From: the human T2T-CHM13v2.0 reference genome, Homo sapiens
Reading direction: 5' to 3' (one strand)
DNA length: 64,000 nt
NCBI RefSeq assembly: GCF_009914755.1
Contig: NC_060928.1
Of this stretch, positions 54,350-64,000 are shown piece by piece. The notes below the pieces were generated by a model, which was not told the DNA's origin, ran no database searches, and saw only the letters and a program-made list of their open reading frames with translations. The translations under genes were made by a program, and so were the position numbers. Each line of letters opens with the position of its first letter. Within the stretch, counting starts at the first letter, position 1.

Positions 54350-55960
54350 TTATATACCAGGGTAATGGAAGTGAGGCTTTTGACTACTGGAGAAGGAAGT
54401 TACAGATACAGAAAGAAAGAAAACTACAATAACCCAGGCTGTGGCACTAGAATAGGAGGACTTGATTTGAATTTGTGCTTTTTCATATATCTCGATAAAC
54501 ACAGAAATAAATACAGAGGTAAAAAAGCATGCATAGGAGGCGGACGGATCACGAGGTCAGGAGATCGAGACCACCCCGGCTAACACGGTGAAACCCCGTC
54601 TCTACTAAAAATAAAAAAAAAATTAGCCAGGCGTGGTGACGGGCACCTGTAGTCCCAGCTACTCGGGAGGCTGAGGCAGGGAGAATTGCTTGAACCCAGG
54701 AAGTGGAGCTTGCAGTGAGCCAAGATCGCGCCATTGCACTCCAGCCTGGGCGACAGAGCAAGACTCCGTCTCAAAAAAAACAAAAAAAGCATGCATATGT
54801 GTAAGTATATATGCAACTAATACACATATTCTCTAACCTTGACACTAAAAGGGCCTGGGAACAGCAAGACCCCAACAGCAATGAGCACAGGCAGTGCACA
54901 AATCTTGGTTTCCAAACACCATCCTCCACCAAAAGGAATCAGGGCTCCTTGGAGAAATGGCTGACTCCAGAGCTGGGGCAGGGAAAGCAAAAGATAAGCC
55001 TGGGAAAGGAAATAAGGAAGGGCTCAAAAGATAATAGCAACATGTCAAAAAAAAGTCACAGAACCCAACCTGATGGAGCTCCCACTGGCCACATCTAAGA
55101 CAATCTGAGCACCCAAATACATGACTGAAATGTATTTCTGTCATTGAACAAAATTGGAATCTACGAATAAATAAATAGGGGAATGAAAAAGCTTTCCCAT
55201 AATGTAGAATGCAAACAAATAAATGTAGGAAGAATGATGGACTTAGAAGATCGACATTTGGTAGCTATCAAAGTAGTACTCAGCCAAGAAATACCAATGG
55301 ATGCTAACCAGTGAGTAAAAGGCTGGTGAAAAATGGGATACTTACATAGCCTCAAAAATACCTCCCACAAAATATTTTTTATGACAAAGGGAAAAAGACT
55401 AACTTTATCATGGAGAAGGCTGACTGATGGCTCCTTAATTAAAAGATCAAATGAACGTTACGAATTAAGGGGCAAATCAAAAGCATGTATCACCTGTAAG
55501 CATGCAAGAAGAAGAAAGTCTCACCGCCGTGATATTCTTGTAAGAAATGCATAACCAGAAACGTCAACAAGCCCAAACGGATACACATTCTCTAAGAAAA
55601 TTGCCTTGTCATTGTCAAAAGTGTCAAGTTCATGGAAGTCAAGGAATAATGAAGGAGGCAGGGCACCGAAATTCAACACCTAGCCCTGCATCAGATTCTC
55701 CTGCTGCAAGGGACATGACTGAGACATTCCAACAGGAACAGGGTCTGCGGGTGGGAGGCGACTCACACAGCGGTGCTAGTTTCCTGATTCTGATGGCCGT
55801 GCCAGGGTCTCAATGGAGACTATCTTCGTTACAGCAAAGACACATTCAAGTACTCAGGAGTGATGGGATATCAGTATTGGCAAGTTACTCTCCAAAGATG
55901 TAGAAAAATAATTCTTTGTACTATTGTTAAACTGTGGTGGAAGTCTGAAATTAGCTCAAA
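54350..55960 (+). mobile_element. Old L1 (L1MC/MD-like) 3' region
   Basis: ggaatcagggctccttggagaaatggctgactcc, gatggagctcccactggcca, and 3'-end motifs gctagtttcctgattctgatgg...attctttgtactatt. Confidence 0.7.
54536..54782 (+). mobile_element. 5'-truncated AluY-like element
   Basis: gagatcgagaccaccccggctaacacgg; perfect TSD aaaaaagcatgcata at 54521-54535 and 54783-54797. Confidence 0.92.
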
Positions 55961-56876
55961 AGAAAACGACTTGGCCAGAAAGACAATACCAAGTAGGTAA
56001 GTAATTTCCAGTACAGAGGGAAAGACGACGACAGCCTTTCTGCAAATACAACAAACTCTAGGAAACCCCCTTTGTGGTGCTTAAATGAAGCTGCTGGCGG
56101 TTTATTCGTCCTCCATGCACCAGGATGGTATTAATAAGCACATGCATCAATCACTTTATCTATCCATCCATAAGGGGCAGCTTAATCAAGCAACAATTAG
56201 CTGAACAAGGAGGCTCTAAGCTTCATTTCCTGGGGGAGATGAGGAGTGATGGTCCATAATTCATTTAAATTGTTCAGTTGTGTAGAAGAGGAGAAATAAG
56301 ACGGCCAAAGAGCTCTCGTGCGTATTTGAGAGAAAAGCGCTCAGATTTAGGCGCCAAAGATTTACCTCCAGCCAAACTTCTGTGCTAATTCAATAGAAGT
56401 TATTTATGTTTTATATTTTAAAGCACAGAATTGGTTTCCAAGTCACTCTGCCTCACCTCAAAGTTAAGGTGGAAGAAAAACCGCCAGAAGTGCCATCGCT
56501 GGGTCACTGATAGATTTGCAAATTGTAGATGTTTGTCCTCCAGAGGCCCCTCCACCACCAGTTCTCTGCAGGACACTTCAGGGTTCCCAGCGCCCCAAAT
56601 CTGGCATTCCCAGAATAGTTTCATTTTCGATCATGACAACAGTTCCCACTCCCACAGCTTTTCAAGCACTTGGCTCAGGGAAGACCCACTAGGAGTAAGG
56701 GCTTTGCTTTTTGTTTCTTGTTTACAACATTTCCTCGACGTGTGCAAGACGGAAGCCTGAACAACTGTCAGTTCCACTTGCTCGTACTTGGCTGAACACT
56801 GCAGTTACTCCCCTGGCCTCGGACTCCGGAGAAGAGCACACAGCATTGTCCAAGAACAGCTCCCACACTGAGAACA

Positions 56877-56888
56877 GAAACCGAAACC
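56877..56888 (+). promoter_or_regulatory. Candidate ISRE, intron 1
   Basis: GAAACCGAAACC, the same core as the ISG15-type ISRE, in sequence with no recognisable repeat; motif match only. Confidence 0.5.
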
Positions 56889-57119
56889 AGGGGTGAAGAA
56901 CCGATCCTTCCTTCCACAAAGCCTGGACCAGGCAGCCATTCAGACTGCTCTCCTCGGCCCCCAACCCCAACCCAGCTCTGCCCTACAGCCAGAACACCCT
57001 TCCAAAAGCACAAACAGACTCTCATCATTCCACTGCCTAAAGCCTGTCCTTACCCCACAAGCCTCCAGCGAGGGGTCCGTCCCAAGTCTCTGCGTCTGTC
57101 ACCCCTCAGCCTCAAGAGC

Positions 57120-57340
57120 ATCCCCTCTCACAAGCTAACTCTTACTCATTTTTCAGATTTGGCTTCAAAGTCACTTGACAGCAAACCTTCTCCATTTCAC
57201 CAGGCCAGGCCCCCAAATCTGTAGACAAGAATCTCCATGAGGACCAAAGTCAATTCTGTTTTGTTCACCATGCTATTCCCAGGGCCCAGAGTACGGCAGA
57301 GGCCAACGCTCAATAAATATTAGTTGACTAAATAATGAAC
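57120..57340 (+). mobile_element. L2 3' end
   Basis: tctgttttgttcacca...cccagggcccaga...gctcaataaatattagttgactaaataatgaa. Confidence 0.7.
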
Positions 57341-57666
57341 TTGCTATATACGCCCAGCACAGTGATACGCAATGACGGAAGGAGCTTGCAGCCTAGAAAG
57401 AGAAGACAGGGACACAGGCAATCACAGTGAGGAGAAGGATGAACTGCCATCAAAAGAAGCGTGCACCAATGCGTGGGAAATGCCATCTAGACAGGCAGTC
57501 GGGGATACCTTACCAATAATGCTTTAAATGACTTTAGGTTTTCAAGATACAATCTGGAATGTTGTTTATGTAGATCTTGTTTATTTTATACATGGGAATT
57601 CACTAGAAATGTACTGATGTTCACCAACACTGCGCTGGCCGTTACCAAGAACTATGGTATGTGGTT

Positions 57667-57786
57667 AGTATGGTGACCAAGCCAAAATGGAGCACTTCTG
57701 AATGTGAATGGGGTCTCATTAATACTGACACCTGAAACAGATATAAAGAGCGACTGTTCCTGGAAACACCAGGATGTGAGAAGCCT
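57667..57786. mobile_element. MER94-like hAT-Blackjack MITE
   Basis: ggtgacca...cacttctgaatgtgaatgggg...attaata...gactgttcctgg resembles the MER94 consensus as recalled. Confidence 0.55.
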
Positions 57787-57815
57787 CTGGTTGTAGGGGC
57801 TAGGTATACTGACGC

Positions 57816-58139
57816 AGGCTCACCGTCTTCTATTCAAAATCTTGGGGCCAGATAAAGTCTTCAGAATTCAAAAGTGTGTGGATGTTAGCAAGATAATGTG
57901 GTACACATACCATATACCACAAGGAACAAAACACCCCGGAAAGTAATTAGGGCAGAACCCCTTAATCCAACACAGTTAATATTTCTGCAGTGAAACACGA
58001 ACATTCACACTGATTGGGATAAATAAAAGCTATGAATAGCTTCATGTCAATTCAGGGCAGACTATCCTGCCAAATGAGTCATGATAATAACTTTCAGTTT
58101 CAGAGCATTTTGGATTGCAAATAAGGGATTTGGGGCTTG
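57816..58139 (-). mobile_element. MER46C-like TcMar-Tigger relic
   Basis: aaaatcttggggccaga...atttctgcagtgaaacacgaa...tttcagagcattttggattgcaaataagggatttggggcttg. Confidence 0.7.
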
Positions 58140-59204
58140 CAGTAGATTTCAAGTTATTTCAATCTTTGGAATATATTATTGTTATCACGCTACACGAAAA
58201 ATCAGCATCATTTTCCTTAAACTGTATTTATATTACACATTAATCTGGCACACACTAGGCTTAATGTAGTGAATAATAGCACTGTTTAGTTCTGAAATGA
58301 AAAAATGTAATGCAAACTATTTCTGCTTATTAGAAAGTGGAAAAATACTTTTCCTAAATATTTTTATAAAATTTGAAATCTTAAGTAGCCATTTAAAAGT
58401 ATTATTTCCTTTAAGTCGAGTTTACCTAACAATACGTATGTGCTTTACCTTACCAATCAAATACATAAAATACTTATAAAATAAGAAAAGCTTTAAATAT
58501 TTAGATTCAAAATTTCTTTAAAATAGTCTCCCTAAGGTTCCTTTATGATGGCATTTGTAATATCATTGTTCTTTCTCCATGACATTCTAAATATTTGATT
58601 TAAAAACTAAAGTTATAAAAATACCTTTCCAAGGATCACATTAAATGGCATTTGTTTGTTTGTTTGTTTGTTGCTGTGCATGCCCTATGAATGACATCCA
58701 CACCGTCCACTGAGACCAGTACGTAAGCAACTGCTCCATTTCACATGCCCTCCTCCTCCACGGAAGCCCTGGTGCAAACCGAAAAGACTAAATACCCAGA
58801 GGCACAAATGCAAAAACAGACACAGGAATTGTCTGGCAAGTTTACCTCCTCCATTTCTTTTATCACGTAATTTTGAATCAAATGGCAAATATTATGCAAC
58901 GTGAGAAGTTGAAAAGCACTGAACTGTTTAGATTCCATGGTACTTGGGTAGAAATTCAGTTCAAAGAGGCACATACTTCCTCATGAAAGTGTGAAGAAAG
59001 AAGAAACTCTAAAGGTAAAGAGGGTCAAGGTGAAGGGGCCCCAGAGACCTTCCTACCATAAGGGCCAAGGTACTTAAATCAGCTTCTACATTTGCAGGCA
59101 CTGAATTGTTTATAAATATATACATGCAAAAGTCCAAAGTTGCTTCACAAAATTGTTCTCCTGATGTCTAGGGAGATAATAGTGGTGGTGGGGATTGTGA
59201 GAGC

Positions 59205-59330
59205 AATGACTATTCACTGGGCACCCATGATGCACTCAGCATTAAACTCTATACATTATCTCATTTAACCCTCACAGTAACCCCATGGGGTCGTTCTCAT
59301 TACTATCCTCATTTTAAAAGGGTGCTCTGG
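59205..59330 (+). mobile_element. MIR fragment
   Basis: cattatctcatttaaccctcacagtaaccccatg...tatcctcatttta. Confidence 0.7.
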
Positions 59331-60379
59331 CTTAGCCCATGCCAAAGCTGACTCTAGGTCATCAAACTCCATTATCATGAGAACTGAGGATCCAAAAATG
59401 GGCTTCATCTTCAGGGGTATTCTTGGTAATATAGAACCCCTGGGATATAGTATTTTTCTACATGTGCCATTGATCCTGAAACATAAATGCTAGGAAACTG
59501 GTTTCCTTCCCCAGCTGGCACTGGACACCACACTAGTTCCTATGGTTGTCTCCTCCTGTCAGGAAAGTGAACATTGAAGTCCCCCAGGCCCACAGATCAG
59601 AAAGAAAACACAAGCCAGAATGTTCCCTGGGGCCCTTCCCAACACTTTCTGCTTGCTCAGTCTTTGTTCAGAGTGAAAGGCAATTAAAAATACAAATCCC
59701 CCATAAACAGGGATGGAACAAGAAGATAAGTTAGCAGCTGTCTGGGACTCTTCCTAAAAGAGGAAGCCTTTTGACCCTGTATGACCCTAGGGTTGCACCG
59801 ATAAAAACATACACATTTTTTGCAATCTCTCACACCAAATGCAGCAGCAAAGACAAGCAAGGGTTTAAAGCCTGAAATCCCTACACAATCTCTGTAAAAC
59901 CTTCACACCTCTATTTGGAGACCCTCCTCAGGTGATGTAGGGACCCAGGCCAGGCCCAAGTCCCCCCAGCACTGCAGTCATGGGAAATGATGCTGGCAGA
60001 GGTGACAGGGGCAACGACAGCAGCACAGGGGCACAGGAGAGCTGAGCAAAGGGGCTGGCTCTCCAAAGTGACCATTGCTTCTTTCCAAATTATACCGCTG
60101 CACAAAGAATGCGAAGACCATAGGCTTCGGCCCAGGAAAAGCATTCTGCACCTGTCCTACCTGATGAATCAAGAAGCAGAGTGAAAGACGAGGCCATAGC
60201 CATATCCAGAGGCTCCCAGAAGGAAGGAGTCTCATCACAGCCTCTCTTTGCTCATGTTCTCATGCCGGCTGCCATGGAAGTGCAGACCGGGCGCAGCAAC
60301 AACATGGACCGTGGAGCTCTGCGGCACTGCCTGCTTTCGCCCCCAGCTCTATCATTTAGCTGTGACTTTGGGCAGGTTA

Positions 60380-60685
<306 letters not shown>

Positions 60686-62504
60686 TTACATGCACTATGG
60701 GAGTATAAAATAGGTACAAAATTTCCAAACAGCAGCTTGGCCAAGGTATTAAAAATTTTAAAACTACACCCTTGGACCCAGCCATGTCACTTCTAGGAAT
60801 GCTTCCCAAGTAATCTAATCATGTGTGAAACATGCTGTCTTAAAATTAAAAAAAGAAAAAACTACAATGATCTTGAAATCTGATGCAGATACACATGTAA
60901 TATTCTTTTCTGTAAAAAACAGACAACATGAGAAAACTGTGAATTGCAGATAAATTACCTTCCAGATACATTTAAATTATGAAAATCTAAGAGTATTTTT
61001 TACTCCATCATTTTTTTAAAGAGCATTTTCTAGAAAAATTTATGCAAGGCCATTAAGACCTAAAAGGGTAGACTGACTTTTAAAAGTATTTTATAAATTG
61101 AAACTCATGCTGGGACCCTTAGGTGTGTTTGGCCCTGGGTCGCAGCATCTAGATGGCATCAGCCTCTGCAATTCAGCAAAGCAAGAATCATGCACAGATT
61201 TCAAAGCATATGGACTCGAGCACATACTGCATTTTCAAAGCTTCTTTCCATATGGAAAATGGGAAAAGAAGTGATCCTATATTTCCCTTAATCAGCACGT
61301 CCTCTGAGCACTGCCTTTGCAGTACAGGAGAAGTAACATGACCTCGAGAAGGCACAGCTCCTCCTCCTCAGAGTGCAGTAGGAAGTTCCTTTAAGACTGT
61401 GTCAGCCTGCAGTATGCAAGCCGGAAAAGACCTCTCAGTCCTCTGATGCAGACACTGGAGACGTAACAGTATAGAGAACAAGTTCAATAAGAGGAGGCAC
61501 GTGGGAAAAGGGTAGACATCAGAGTGGATAACTGAGCCATGCTGGCTTGAGGAGGAGGAGTGTGGCAGAAACGGCAGGACCTGAATTACCTGAGCTGTTT
61601 GTGTCACCCAGTCACCTTTGACTTCATTTTTGAGCTCCACAGACCTCAAAAGGTGTGTTTTGCCCCTTCAGGAACACAGAAAAGACAAGGGGACAAGAGA
61701 GAGGAGATGTCAATGTGGTCAGTATTTGTGAAAAGTCAAATAACAGAAACTCAAAGAGCCAGCATACTGGAACTGGAACCTAAGAAAACCTATTTGCATA
61801 GAGCAACAAAATTGCTGCTTTCTGACTTCAATCACATCACTAGCAGACTACCTTGAAAACCAACGCCTTCCCAAAAACCAGTTGCCTGAAAATAACCTGT
61901 TCTGAAAGGTTGATTTGAAGGGCACTATCTTTTCCCCTGGATGAGAGTAAAAGATTTCCTCCCACACTCCACATCCACAGGCTGGCCCTCAGGATCTGCT
62001 TCTTGCTGCCACTTTTCCTTTGAGAATTTCCTTTAAGCTGTCCCCTCTGCCAGGGAGCTCTCCATAAAGGTTACCAGCTATTCTTGGTGTTATTATTATT
62101 AATTATTATGGAGACATCCAATTTAACTCTTTATGTTCAAATCTGGTCAAGCTCCAGCACACAAACTATAAACTTACGCACTACAGTTTCCGCTAGTTTG
62201 ATTCTATTCCTGGGATAAACCATCCCAATTACCAATGAATTCCAACTGGAAAAAGAGCCAAAATTGCTACCACTCTAAGTACAGGAATACCTCCGAAGCA
62301 AGAATCCATGTCTCCTCTGCAAGCTGCAGAACTGTCTTCAAATATTTTTGGAAGATACCTACTGCCTCTCACCAGTTTCCGAATGGTAGCCAGAGGTGGG
62401 AGGGTCGGATCTGGCATCCATTGGATGGTCACTATTTCCCCTCTCTGCCAACCCCTCCCAGGACCACAATGATTTCTTTTCTTTCCCTCTCCTTGTTAAA
62501 GCAT

Positions 62505-62690
62505 AATATGGTAGTGGGAGCTCAGATTTGGCATCAAGCACACCTGAACTGGAACCTCACCACTCACAACCTTCAACTTCGCCAAGCCATAGTTTCCTCA
62601 TCACTAAACAGAGATCTTAATAGCAACTTAGCAGAGCTACCGTGAGAAGAAACAGATAAAGGCTAGTTTATGTTAGGAGGAAAAGTATGA
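62505..62690 (-). mobile_element. MIR fragment
   Basis: gctcagatttggcatcaagcacacctgaa...agtttcctcatc...taatagcaactta. Confidence 0.55.
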
Positions 62691-62959
62691 GGTGAGATTT
62701 CCTTGGTCTCCCCTAAGACTTCCCCAAAGAAATTCCAAACAGTAGGGCCCGTGCTCCACCTAACTGCAGTGACTAAGTCAGTGTTCCACAAGGAGCAAGA
62801 CGATGTCCAGGGTCCACCTTCTGTAATAGAAGCATATTCTCCACCCTGCACATTCTTGGCCAGATTAATCTCCCCAAATGGCTCCTGACCTTGCAGAAAA
62901 TCCTTCCATGGTTCCACAACGCCCATTGAATAAAATCTGGACTCCTGGCCACCATAATT

Positions 62960-63146
62960 CATCCCCATCCCACCTTTCTAACCTCTTGTTCCCACTGATT
63001 CCCTCCACCTTCTTCTTCTAACCTCTTATCCCACTGATTCCTTTCTTCTTCCTCCCCTCCCCTCCCCCTTCCCTCCCCCTTCCCTCCCTCTCCCTCCCCT
63101 CCCCCTCCCTTCCTTCTTCTTCTTTTTTTTTTTTTTTTTTTTTTTT
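62960..63146. repeat. Low-complexity polypyrimidine tract ending in poly-T
   Basis: C/T only from 63038 to 63146; tandem duplication of ttctaacctctt(g/a)t(t)cccactgattcc upstream. Confidence 0.9.
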
Positions 63147-63267
63147 GTAGAGAAAGGCGTCTCCCCATGTTGCCCAGGCTGGTCTCAACCTCCTGGCCTC
63201 AAGTGATCCTCCCATCTCAGCCTCCCAAAGCGCTGGGATTACAGGCATGAGCCACCGCACTCAGCCT
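63124..63267 (-). mobile_element. Alu left monomer (FLAM-like)
   Basis: Poly-T then gtagagaaagg...gggattacaggcatgagccaccgc; tccaccttct flanks both sides. Confidence 0.85.
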
Positions 63268-64000
63268 CCTTCCACCTTCTGATGCAACCAAAGCTTACAG
63301 CTTCAGGTACTTGGCAACGGGCTTATCTCTGTATAAAGTCCTGTGAGGAGGAGTCCCATCTCACTCATCCCAAAATACCGAGCACAGTAGCTTGCACATA
63401 ATGACATGTAGTAATCACTCATTGATAAGAAAGTGGATGAATCCCTCCTGGAAAACTCACTGAGGGCAAGGGCTGAGGAGGATAAGGCGGATGATATTAA
63501 CTATACGTTGTGATGGATAAACTTATGAACAAATGATAAGCAAAGGAAATAAAATGACTACAAAAAGCATGCAACCTAAAAAAAAATTTTACTATTTACA
63601 TGCCATTTTCCGGGTGAATCCGGCTAAGGATGTTAATACACTTTTGAATTACGTTGGTTCAACTTTTCATTCCAAAAACCTTACCCCGAGCCAACCGCAT
63701 GAAAATCGCTGTGTGCCAAGCATTATCTAAAGCTCTGTGGAGTATACAAAGATGATGAAGACATGATCTCTGGCCTCAAAGGACTTACCCTGCAAAGACG
63801 AAGGTGGGCACGTCAGTGTTAAAGCAAGCTTTCAAGCAAGACGTGGTGTCCCGGAGGTGAGACTCGAAGCCTGCCAGGAAGAGCACACCCGAGTGGGTGC
63901 CTGCCCTGCGGCCGCACACCCACCATCACTGATCACACTGATCACGGGCGTCTGACACACTGGGTTCGAGTTCCCTCTCTGCATCAGACTCACCCCCATT

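Overview
Eukaryotic genomic DNA (primate, almost certainly human) from inside the IRF2 (interferon regulatory factor 2) gene, which lies on the minus strand. Six coding exons can be read with canonical AG/GT boundaries and a continuous frame: exon 2 (36798-36890, ATG at 36884), exon 3 (27284-27383), exon 4 (26347-26523), exon 5 (25982-26028), exon 6 (15991-16108) and exon 7 (6749-6913). Together they give c.1-694, about aa 1-231, including the whole tryptophan-pentad DNA-binding domain. Non-coding exon 1 lies to the right of the window and exons 8-9 to the left. The rest is intron, with about 26 Alu elements or fragments, L1, L2 and MIR fragments, MaLR solo LTRs and DNA-transposon relics. Repeat subfamily names are from memory of consensus sequences, and repeat boundaries are approximate. 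The other ORFs in the track are spurious. I find no evidence of a new multi-gene system. The most notable unexplained signals are: (i) a perfect 27-bp inverted repeat forming a pre-miRNA-sized hairpin in intron 1; (ii) two short insertions copied from DNA about 1 kb away, suggesting template switching; (iii) five IRF-E/ISRE sites inside IRF2 itself, three of them in transposon relics; (iv) splicing features: a poison alternative donor after exon 4, a T21 tract at the exon 3 acceptor, inverted Alus around the frame-preserving exon 3-5 block, and tandem acceptors at exon 7.
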